A stretch of 64,000 bases of DNA from an uncultured Burkholderiales bacterium. Lineage in GTDB: Bacteria; Vulcanimicrobiota; Xenobia; Xenobiales; JADMJV01. The stretch spans positions 158,991 to 222,990 of the forward strand of contig CAZYPN010000002.1 in assembly GCA_964649085.1 (NCBI GenBank). The letters run 5' to 3'. The position numbers and the translations under genes are program-made. Shown piece after piece: positions 25,381 to 37,300 of the stretch; within the stretch, counting starts at the first letter, position 1, and each line of letters starts with the position of its first letter. The notes under the pieces were generated by a model. It saw nothing but the letters and a program-made list of their open reading frames with translations. It searched no databases and was not told the origin of the DNA.

Positions 25381-28300
25381 GTGTCCCATCAACAACCCAT
25401 TACGCTGCAAGAGCGGCTAGAGAATATCAAGCAACGAGCCAGCGCGGTACGGGGACAGATGGAGGGGCGTCCCACGCGGACCGATGAAACCCGCGAGGAC
25501 TGGGGAGCCGTCGGTGCCTCGCTGCAGGTGCGCCTGGAGCAGCTGAGCCAGCGGCTACAGGAACGAGACCGTCAACTGGCCGAGCTGCAGCAGCGCCTCA
25601 ACGAGTCCGACTCGGGCCAGGGTCTGCGCCGCAAACAGCTGGAGCAGCTGGCGCAACAGCTCAGCTCCAGCCTGGACGAGAAAAAGGTGCTGCAGGGCCA
25701 GCTTCACTCGGCCGAAAGTCAACGTCAACAGCTGGAACTGCAGCTGCAACTGGTTCGCGACCAGCTGCAGGAGCAGCAAAAATTGCTGGGGCAGAGTCAG
25801 GGGCGGGTGCATGACCTGCGCCAGGAATTGCTGCAGCAGCAACGCCGCGTGCGCGTGGTGGACCGGCTCCAGCTGCAGCTCGACGAAGCCGGTCTGAATC
25901 TCGACGATTTGCTTCATTCGCTGGCCCAACTGGAAGGCGACTCTCCGCTGTTGCAGGCGCTTCGTGACCAGATCGGCCAGCTGCAGGGCCAGCTCGAGGC
26001 CAGTCAGCAGCGAGAACAAAGGCTGCTGCAGCACCTGCAAGATTTGAAAGCCCGCCAACAAGACCTGGAGGCCGAGAAAAACCACCTGGGTTCCGATTTT
26101 GCCGAGCTACACCGCCAGCTGCTGGAAAATCAGCGCGAGCTTGGCCAGGCGCGCGGCGAGCTGAAACGCTGGATGGAGCTGCGCAGCGAGGTCGATCCTG
26201 AACTGCCGCGCGAGGTACAGCATCTGCGCGAGCGCAGCCAGAAGCTCGAAGCCAAGTTGCGTCAGGCCGTGCTGGCGCTGGGCGAGTCGCGCCAGGCCAC
26301 CGAGCAAGAACGAGAAGCGCGCGAACTGGCCGAGCAGCTCCTGGGGAAAAGCCAGCAGCGCCTGGTTCAGCTCGAGGTAGAACTGGACGAGCAGGTGTCG
26401 GCGCTGCAGAACTCGTGGGAAGACGTCAGCCGCCTCGAACAAGAGCTGGAACAAAGCCGCCACCACAATCGCAGTCTGCAACTGCAGGTGGGCTCCTCGG
26501 ACGAACTGCAACAACGCCTACTGCAAAGCGACCAGCAGGCACAGGAGCTACAGCAGAGGCTGGCCCACAGCGACCAGGAAACTCAACAGCTGCGCCAGCA
26601 GCTGCAAGAAAGCCGCCAGCAAGCTGCCAGCTCGGCCCAACAACTGGAAGAACTCGAGCAGCAGCGCAGCCAGCTTGAGCAGCGCCTCGAGCGGGCCCAG
26701 CTGGTGCTTCACGAGCTGCAAAACCGGGCAGCCGAGGGCCAGCAAGAGCAGGTCCTGCGCCAGCAGTGGGAAGAACGCGCCCTCAAGGCCCAGGCTCGCT
26801 TTCACCAGGCGGTCGAGCGTTTGCGTTCGCAAACCGAGCAGCTTCGCCAGCAGCAAGCCGACCTGGAAAACTGGCAATTGCGCTCCGAACAGGTCCAACA
26901 GAGCCTGGAAGACAGCCAGGAGCGCCAGGTTCAGCTGCGGCGACAGCTGGAACGCTGGCAAGAAATCAGTGGTGAGTGGCAGCGGGTTGCCGAGGTTGGC
27001 CAGGAGGGCACGGCCTTCCTTGAGCAGCGGCTGGCCGAGCATCAAGAGCAGCAACTTCAGGCTCAACAGCACAGCCAGGAGTTGCAGCAGGGGCTGATTC
27101 AGTACCAGCAAGATATCCTTCAACTCGGTCAGGCTCTGGCCGAGCTCGAAGAAAGCAACCGCAGCCTGGAAACAGAACTGGGCCTGACGCGCCAGGAGCG
27201 CGACCAGCTTCATCTGCGGGTCGAGCAGCTGGTGGAAGAGGGCCGGGCCCGTCAACACGGGTTTGAGCAACGCTGGGACAAACTCAAGACTCGCCTGGGT
27301 CAGGTCCAGTCGGACCTGGAATACAGCCAGCAACGCGGCCTGATGCTGCAGGACAAACTGCAGCAAGTCGTTGAGGTCGTCCGCGAAGAAAAGCACGCTC
27401 ATCAGCAAACCCGACAACAAAAGGACCAGCTTCAGGAAGCCCTGGCCCAACTGCAAGAGAGCGCTCGCCAGAAGGACTCGCTGCTCGAGCAGCAGAGACA
27501 AGAACTCGACACCCAATCCATGGCTCTGGAAGAGTCCTGGGAAGAGGCCCATCGCCTGGGGGAAGACCTTGAACGCGAGCGACAGTCCGCGGCTCAGCTT
27601 CGCCAGCAGTTGCAAGAGCTGCGAGCCCAGCAAGATAGTTTGCGGGAAGAGCGCGATGCTCTGCGCGAGCATTTTGAAGAACTGCTACAACAAACCGATC
27701 TCGAGCGAGAGGAGTCGGCCCGAGAACTACAGCGCCAGCTGGAACTCAATCACGAGCAAACCCGTGCGCTACAGCTTCGACTGAAAGAAGTTAGCGAAGA
27801 ACTGCTGTCGGTTCAGCAACGGTTGCAAAAAGCCCAACAAAAGCTCTTGCAGGCCGTAGACAGCCTGCGTCAAGAGCGCCTGCTGCGCCAGGAACTCTCC
27901 CAGCAGATCGATGAGCGCGACCTGATGCTGGAAGAACAGACGCAGCTGCTGGCTCAGCGTGCCGAAGAACTGGCCAGCGCCCAACACCGCTGGTCGTCCA
28001 CCGACCAGCAACGTCAGCAGCTGCAGGCCAACCACCTGACCACCGTGGCCGAACTGGAGGCCCTGCGCCAGGAGTACGAAACCCAGGTGCTGGCCCTGGA
28101 AGAGTCATGGGAGGAAGCCAGTCGCCTTCAAGAGTCGCTCGACAGCGAGCGCACTCGGGCCCAGGCTCTGGAGCAGCAATGGGCGCAGGCCCAACAGGCC
28201 CAGGTTCAACTGCTGTCACAGCTCGACCAGCTGCAGGCCGCCTATTCCGAACTGCAGAGTCGCCACAGCGGTGCGCTGGAGCAGCAACAGCAGGAGCAGC

Positions 28301-31300
28301 AAGCCCTGGAGCAGCTCCATCTCCAAACCACCACGCTTCAGGAGCATCTCAAGCACCGGGTGGACCAACTGCAGCAGCTGAAAGCCTTGCGCGATCAGAG
28401 CCAGCAGCGGGCCCTGGCCTTGGAAGAGAAGCTGCGCCAGGCGGTGGTTCGGCTGGCCGAGGAAAAGCAGGCCCGCCAACAGCTGGCCCAACAAAACGAC
28501 CAGCTGATCGCTCAGCTCGCTCAGCTGGAACAAGAGGCCCGTCAGTCGCAAAGCGATCTGGTGGCCGTGCGCCAGGAGTTGGAAACCCAGCTCATGGCCC
28601 TGGAGGAGTCCTGGGCCGAGAGCAGTGCGCTTCAGGCCGCATTGAACGAGGCACGGGCCGGAGCCGAACAAGAACGAAAAGCCCACGAAGAAGCCCGCGC
28701 ACGCGTCGAAATCTTGCAGAAAGCTCATCAGCACGAAGTTTCCCTGAGAGAAGAGCTGGAGCAGGAGCTGGAAGAACTGCTACAGCTTCAGCTGCAGCTT
28801 GAGGAAGAAAAACAATCTCATCGCCACACCGGCCAGAACCTCGAACAGGTCAGGCAACGCCTGCTGGCTGTGGAACAGGAACGTGACCAGAGCGAGCAAC
28901 GCAGCCAGGCCCTCGAGGCCAAGGTGCTGCAGCTGGCCGAGCTGCTCAAGCAGCATCAGCAGCTGCGCCAGGCCGAGAAGCTCAAGGCTCAGGATCGCCT
29001 GCAGAAGTTCAGCGATGAAGTCCGCCAGCTGCGCCAGCAGCTGAGCACCAGCGAGGAAGAGAGCGCTACCCAGCAGCTGGCCCTCCAGGAAGCCTGGTCG
29101 GAAATGTCTCAGCTGCAAGAACAGCTGGAAGCCGAGCAGCAGAAACTTCTACAACTGACCGAAGAACGGGGCCGCCTCCAGGTCGACATGGCCGAGCTGC
29201 TGGCCCACAGCCAGTTGGAGAGCCAGCGCTCGCAGCAGCAGATCGGGGAATTACGCACAGAAATCCAGGCCCTGCTGGGGCAACGCCACAAGCTGGTGGA
29301 CGAGCTCAACACGCGCGGTGGCCAGCTTAAGCAACTGGCCTCCAACCAGGGAGCCTTGCTCGACCAGGTCAAGCGACAACATCAGCAGATCGACACCTTG
29401 CGAGCCCAGATGGAGGCTCGCGAGGACGATGTGGCTGGCCTGCAGCGCCAGCTCGAAGAGGAAGAGCAGCAGCGGCGACATCTGCTGGACGAACTGGAGG
29501 TGGCCACTCAGGCCAGCGACCTGCTGCAGCAAGAGTTGGGCGAGCGCGAGAACGAACTGCAATCGCTGCACGAGCGGCTGACTCGACTCGACGCGGCCCT
29601 GAATCAGGCCCAACAACAGGTGTCTTTGCTGGAAAGCCAGCGCGAGGCCTCGCAGGCGCAACTGCAGCAGCTCAGTCACAACCACGCTGAACAGATGGAC
29701 GAGCTGACGCGTCAGCTGCAGCGGCGCGAGCAGGAACTGGAAACGCTGCGCCAGATCGAAGCCGGTGCCCAGCAGGCGCTGGCCCAGGCCCAAGAGGAGC
29801 TCAACCGCTCGCAACATCAACAGCAGACACAGCAGCAACAGCTTCAGCACCATCGCCAGGAACAAAGCCGTCTGCAAGAAACCGTAGAACGCCTGGGACA
29901 GCGCTTGAGCCAGGTGGGTGGGGCCTTCCAGCAAGCCAAACTGCAGCTGGCGGCCCGCACCCAGCAACTGCAACAGGTTCAGGACAGTCGCCAGCAACTT
30001 GAGGAAGAGCTGGTTCTGGCCCAGGCACACGGCCAGCGAGAAACGGTCCGCGCCGATGAACAGCTCGAGCGGGCCGATCTGCTAGAAGCCCGACTGGAGC
30101 AGCTGACCGCCCAACAGCAAGAGCTGCTCGTCCAGGTAGAGCAGCTGCATCAACAACGCGTACCGCGGGAAGAATGGCAGGCCCTGGAGCGGCAGGCACG
30201 GGCCGGCGACCAGGAAATTCAAGGCCTGAAGGCTCAGCTCACCGACCTGCAACTGGCCCTCCAGCAGTCGGAAGAGTGGCGAGAGTCGCAGCAGCGCGAG
30301 CGCGAGGCACTGGAGTCGCGCCTCGAACGCACCCGCCAGGAGCTGGTGCAGGCCGTCGAGATCCAACAGGGATTGAAGGAACGCCTGCTGAGCGTGGTGG
30401 AAAAATTTCGCCACAGCGAGGCCCTGCGCCAGCGCCAGCAAGAGGAGTTGGAGGGCCTTCAGGAAGAGCGCCGGAACTGGCAGCTGCTCGAGCAAGAGTT
30501 GCAAGGGCGCGTCGTTCAGCTAGAGCAGATGGCCCTGGAGGGGCACCAGCAGCTCTCGCAGGAGCGCCAACAGCACGAACAACAGCTGCTCGAACGCGAC
30601 CAGCTGCTGGAGAGCTTTCGCAACGAGCTCGAGCAGGCCCGCGACCAGGTCGATCAGCTGGCTCGTGAGCTGATCGAGGCCCAGGATCGGACCTTCCAGC
30701 TGCAACAGGAGCTGGAAGTCAACGAAGACGAGTCGCAACGCGATCGAACGCGACGCGAAGAACTCAACAGCCTGGTCGCCAGTCTCGAACAACAGCTGCG
30801 CCAGCTCGGCGAAGAATCGGCCAGCCGCCAGGAGCAGCTGGAGGACCAGCTGGTTCATCAGGAAGGTCAGCTGAAGTCGGGACAGCAGGCTCTGCTGCAG
30901 GCTCAGAGCCAGCTGCGTCTGCTGCAGACCGAGCGAGACAAGCTGGTGCGGGCCTATCAGCAAAGCCGTCAGGCCCTGATCGAACACCAGCAGCAAGCGG
31001 TGGAGCAGCAGCAAAAGTGGGAACAGGTTGCCAGTGAACTGCGGGTAACTCGAACCCAACTCGGCAAAACTCAGGAAGAGCTTCAGCTGGCCCATCTGCA
31101 GGTGGAAACCCTCGAGGGCGACCTGCAGCGCCTCGAGTCGCAGCGAGATGAACTCGCCCAGCGTTCCGACTCGCGTTTCCAGGAATATGAAAACGAACTG
31201 GCTCAGCTGACGGTAGAGCTTACTGAGAAGCGCCAGGAAGCCTATCGCCTGCGCAACAGCGGCGAAGGTCTGCGCCAGGAAAACCAGTCGCTCACGCGGC

Positions 31301-34300
31301 GACTGGAAGAAACCCTGCGGGAAAAGACCGAGCTGACCCAGCGACGCGAGTTTGAAACGCAACAGTTCAAAAGCGTGCTTGAGCAGCTGCTCGGTCAACG
31401 CCAGCTGCTGGAGAGCAAGCTCAAAGAAGTCGCGGCTCAGCGCAAAGAATTCCTGCTGGAACTGAAGCGCGAGCGCCAGCTCAGCAACCAGCAGCAACAG
31501 GACCTGACCCAGCTGCAAACCCGCTTTGACGAATCGCAGGCCCTGCTGCAGCAACAGCTGCAGCAGCTCGAGCAAGTACGTGGGTATTTCGACGAAGCTC
31601 GCCAGCAAGGCCAGCAGCTCCAGCAGCAGCTACAGCAAGAATTGGGGCGTTCCAGCCAGCTGGAAGAGCAGCTGCACCATCACCAAGAGGGCTGGCAACG
31701 CGACCGCGGCCAGCTGGAACAGGAACGGCAACAGCGGCAACGGCTCGAGGTTGAGGTCGAAGCTGGCCAACGTCAGCGCGGCCAACTGGAAAGCCAGCTG
31801 GACCAACAGCGTGCTCAAATCGAGGGCCTCGAAGTCGAGCTCACCAGGCTGCAGGCAGAGTCCCATCAAGATCAGCAGCGTCTGAAGCAGGAGGCCGAGC
31901 TTCTGCAGCGCCAGCTGGAGCAGCTGAGCAGCCAGCGCCAGGGCCTGATGGACAAGCTCAAAACCGTGGCCGGGGAAAGGGCCGACCTGAAGCAGGCGCT
32001 GCAGGCCCAGCAGGAAGAGCTGGCCGAAATCCAGCTGCGCCGTGAAGTGCTGGAACTGCGCCTCGTCCAGGTAGAGGGCGAACGCGACCTGCTGCAGTCG
32101 GAATCGGAGCAATACCGGCAGCGGGTCGACGAGCTGGAAGAGCGCCTGGAACGCAGCGCCTCCGACTTCCAACAGGCCCAGGAACAGCTCCAGTTGCTGT
32201 CGGAACTGCGCGCCCAGGGTGCGCGCCAGGAACAGCAGCTGCAGGCCCTGGAGTGGGGGCGGGAAGCAGACGGACAAAAGATCGGCGAACTGCAGCAACG
32301 GCTGGAACAGGTTGACCAGCAACGCCAGGCCCTGGAAGTGGAACTGGCCCAGGCACGTGGCCGCCTGGAAGAAGCCGCCGTTCGTCGTGAGGAGCTGCAG
32401 TCGGAGATCGAAGACGCGGCTCGTCAGCTGCAGGGCCTGCGTTTTGAAGCCTCCGAATTGCGCCAGTCCCAGCAGAAGTCCAAGGAGTCGCTGCTGCTCT
32501 CGCAGCAAAAGGTCGAACAGCTCGAGGCCGAGCTCGGTGAACTGCGCACCCAGCATCAACAGCTTCAGGAACAATCGGCTCGCAACGAGGAAGAGCTGCG
32601 GCTTCTGCTGCGCCAGAGCCAGCAAGAATCCGAAGAACATCGCCAACTGTCCGAGGAACTGCTGCAACAGACACGAGAGCAGTTGGAACAGAAGGAAGCC
32701 CACCTTCTGAAGCTGGTCGATACGCTGGGTCGCGCCAAGGACCGGATGCGCGACCAGAAGGCGCGCGTGGCCGAACTGGAAAGCGAGCTGGCACAGGTCC
32801 GTGAGCAGGCCCAGGAGCATTTTCAGAGACTGATTCGCGTGACCCGCGAACGAGAAGATCTGTCGGAACTGAAGCAGCGCGAATTGGGCGAGCTGCAGCG
32901 CCAGCTACAGGCCGCCAGCGCCGAACTGGAACAGCGCCAGCGCGAACTGCTGGCGCTGGAGGCGCAAAACCAGCTGCAGCAGCGCGAACTGGTCGAGCTG
33001 AGCCGGCAGGAAGTCGCTGCCGAAGAACAGCGCACTCTGCTGCAGTCGCAACTCTTTGAACTGGAACAACAGCTGCGCTCGGCAGCCGAAGACAAGCAGC
33101 AGCTGGAGCGAGAACGAGACAGCTGGCAAGACAGGCAAGAACAAACCCAAAACGAGCTGGAGCAGCTGTCCATTGAGCATCGCGAGGTGCTGGATTCGAG
33201 GCAACAGCTCCAGGCAGAGCTGGAGCGCCTCTCGGTCCAGCTGAGCCAGCTGGAAGAGCACTCGAGCAGCGATTTGCAGCAGCGAGAACAGCAGATTCAA
33301 AAGCTCGGCGAGGCCTATGCCAAAATCCGTCAGCGCTTCGTAGAAAACCAGCAGCAACTGGCCGAGGCCCAGGCCGAGCAGGCCGCGCTGCGGCAGCGAA
33401 ACGAGCAGATCGAGGCAGAGCTGGGCCAGGCTCATGAACGATTGGAGCAGTTGCAGAGCGAAGCTCGCCAGCTCGAGGCTCAGGTCCACGAGCGCCAACT
33501 TGAACTGCAAGATCAGCAGCAGCAGCTAGAGCAACAGCGCAACGAACTGACCCGCCTTGGCCAGGAGAGCGAGAAGCAACGTTTCGAGCTGCAGCGACTG
33601 GCCCCGCTGGAAGCCCAGAACCAGGCTCAACAACGCGAGCTCATGGCCCTGAGCCGACAGGAAGCCGAGCTGGAGGAGCAGCGACAGCGGCTGCAGTCGA
33701 ACCTGGAACAGCTGAACCTGCGCCAGCAGAAGCTCGAGGGTGAACTGGCCGAGAGCGAGCGACGCCATTCCAAACTACAGGCCGAGCACTTAAAGCTGCA
33801 GCAAAAGCAGGCCACGGCCGAGGCCCAACTCGAGAGTCAACAGCAGGAAGTCGAGCGACTGCAGACCGAGCACCGCCTGGCCCGGCGCGAGGTTGAAGAG
33901 CTTCAAGAGCAACTCCAGCAGCGCGAAGTATCGACCCAAAAGCTGGGCGAGGCTTATGCCAAAGTGCGCCAGAAGCTGGTAGAAACCCAGCAGCAACTGG
34001 CCGAAGCTCAGGCCGAGGCCGAGCAGCAACAACGCCGCGCCGACCGTCTTGAGGACGATCTGGGCGGGCTGAAAGAAGAGCTGCGACTGGCCACTTTCGA
34101 GCGCAGCGCCGCTGAAGAACGCTGGCGAGGCGCCAGTCAACAGGTGCAGCAGGCGGGCGAAGAGCGCGAACGTCTGTCGCAGCTCAACGAAGAACTCAAG
34201 TCGAATCTGCGCCACACCCAGCAACTGCAGCAACAGGGCGAAGCCGACCTGGTCGAACTGAAGTTGCAGCTGCAGCAGGAACAGGAGCGAGCCGGGCAGC

Positions 34301-37300
34301 TGCAGCAAAAATTGCAGCAGGCCATTGGACGCCTGCAGCACACCAAACAGGCACTGCAGCAACGTCAGGACGAGTTGCTGGCCGGCAAAGAGGAAAAACT
34401 CCAGCTGGAATCCGAGCTGGAACAGCGCCAGCAAGCCTATAGCGAGCTGGAGCAGCAGTTGCGCCAGGCCCAGCAGCGACTGGCGGAACTGGAACCCGAA
34501 GTTGAAGGGCAGCGCGGGTTGCGGCTCGAGCTTCACGGCCTGCGAAGCCAGCTCGACAGCCTGCAGCACCAGCTGCAGCGAGCCCAGCAGCGAGAACAAG
34601 CCCTGGAAAGCCGGCTGGAGCAGGCCCAGGTTCAAGAACAGGAGCTGACCGGCAAGCTGCAACGCAGCCAGGCCAAAGAGCGCGAGCTGGAGCATCAACT
34701 GCAACGCTCGCAACAGCGAGAGCGAGAGATCGATAGTCAGCTGCAACGGGCGGGCAGCCGCGAGCGCGACCTGGAACAACAGCTGCGAGCGGGTGTCGAG
34801 CAAGAAGAGCGTCTGCGGGCCCAGCTCACCCAGGCCTGGAGCGATCTCCAGCAATCCGAACTGCTCCAGCAGCGGCTGCAGGACGAATTGAGCCAGTCTC
34901 GCTCCCAGGGCTCGCGACGTGAGAAGCAGGTGGCCGGGCTGGAAGAGCAGCTGGCCGGCCTTCAGGAATCGCTCGAGCGGGCTCGGCTGGATGGCGAGAA
35001 GCAGCTGGAGCAACATCGCGAGCGCGAGAGCCAGCTGCTGGAACAGCTAGAAAAGCTGGGAGAAGCCCTCAAGCTGCACCGCAGCAAGGCCAACGAGGCC
35101 CTGGCCGGGCTGAAACAACGCAGCGAAGAGGTCAGCGGTGAGCTGCAACTCTCGCTCCAGGAGCGCCTGGAGCTGCGCACACGGCTCGACCAGCAGGAAC
35201 ATCTCCTGGAAGAGCTGCACCACGAAGTGGACACCCGGCGCCAGCGCGAGGCCCACCTCGAGCAGGCTCTGGCCGAGGCCCGGCGGCGCGGCGGCGAACT
35301 TCAGGCGCGAGCCGGCGAGCTGGCACAATCGCTGGACGAGAGCCAGAACTTCCGGCGGCTGTTGCAAGAAGAGCTGGCCCAACAGCGTGAGCAGAGCCAG
35401 CACGACCTGGACACCCTGAATGCTCGCCTGCATGAGGCCGAGTCACGCGGCCGCGACCTGGAGGAAACCCGTTCCTTACTGCTGGAACAAGAGCAGAAGG
35501 CCCACGAGTTGAGCCTGAAACTGCGCGAGTTCCAGCAAAGCGCCATCCTTCAAGAAACCGAGCTGCAGCAGCTTCGGCAATCGCTCAAGCACGAGGAAGG
35601 CAAGCTTCAACAGCAGCAAAAGGCCCAACTCCACCAGCAGGAAATGCACCAGCAAAGGGTGCTGCAACTGCAACAGGACCTGGCCGACTTGGAAGGGCGA
35701 CTCGAAGAAAGCGAGCGTAACAACCACAAGCGTGAGCAGATCATCGGCCAGCTCAAGCAGCGCCTCGGCCAGGCGATGCAAGACCTCAGCCAGCGCCAGA
35801 CCGAGCTCCATGAGTCGCAACTGAGCCTGGAGAGGGCAGGGCGCGAACTGGAACTGAGTCGCAGCGACGGCCTGGGCAAGGAAGCGCGCATCGCCGAACT
35901 CGAGCAAGACCTCGAGCAGCGCATCCAGCGTGCCAATTCTGCCCAGCAGGAAGTCGAGAAGCTCTGGCAGCGCCTGCAGCGCGAAGAAGAACAGCGAGCC
36001 CAGCTGGCCTCCGATCTGGAAAGGCACCAGCAAGAAGCCGACCGGTTGCAGCAGCAGCTGGATGAAGCCACGCTGGAAAAACGCCAGCTGTTGCTCGACC
36101 TCGACGACGCCGCCAATCAAAAACTGCAGCTGGCGCTGGAGCTCGATCGCTCACTGGAGCAAAAGACCGCGGAAATTCAGCGCTGGCAGAAGCTGCAGGA
36201 AGAACAGCAACGCCGCCAGGACGACCTGGAAGGTCGCCTATTACTGGCCCAACAGCGAATCGAGGTCCTGACCGGAGAGCTGGAAGAACGCGAAGCTCGC
36301 CTGCAGGCTGAACGCAAGTCGGCCCAGGACCGCCAGCAAGAGTTGCGGGGCCGACTGGAACGCCAGGTGCTGGAGGCGCAGGCCCAGCAGCTGGAGCGCG
36401 AGGCCCGAGTGCAGCAACTCGAGCGCGAACAGCGCAAACAAGCCGAAGAGCTGGAACGTCAGCTGCAGGAGTTGCAAACGCAGCGCTCGGCCCTCGAAGG
36501 CGAGCTGGCCAGCCTGAAGGCCCTGGGCCAGTCGAGCCAGGCCAGCTACCAGGCCCGAATCGAGCAGATGCAGCGCGAATACGAGGGTCTGCAACGCCAG
36601 CTCAGCGAGCAGGAAGAAGAGGTTCATCAGCAACGCCTGCGGGTCTCCCAGCTGGAGGCCGATCAGGTGCTGCTCAAGCAGGCACTGCACCAGTCGGAAA
36701 CCGCCGCTCAGCAGCAACTACAGCGTCTGGAACGCCTGCAACTGGAGCGCGAGGCTCTGGAACAGCAGTTGCGTCAGCAGGAAGAGCTGGCCCACAAACT
36801 GTCGCAGCGGGCCGAGGCCGCCGGGCAAGAAGGCGAAGAGCTGCAGCGACGTCTTGAAGACGAGCAGCTCTTGCGACAGAGCCAGTGGGACGACATGAAC
36901 ACGCGCCTGGTTGAGGCCGAACGCAGGCACGCCGAGAGCGAAAGGGCGCGCGAAGAGCTGAGCCATCGCCTCAATGACGGTCAGCTGAATTACGAGATGC
37001 AGCTGTCCGAGCTGCGCCGTCAGCTCGACCAGGCTCGACTGCGTCTGGAGCGCGAGGGCGAATTTGTGCAGGGCCTGCAGGAGCGCCTGAAAGAGTCGCA
37101 GGCAGCCCAAATCCGTTTACAACAGGAGCAAGGCGAGGGGCGCCAGCAGTTGCTCGAGGCCCAGGCCGAACTGGAGCGTGCCCAGCAGGCGATGGAACGC
37201 ACCCTGAGCGAGATGCAGCTGCAGGAACGCAAGGTGGAACTGAGTCGCGAGTCTCAGGAACAGCAAAGACAGCTGTTGTTGCAGCGGGAAAGCGAGTTGC

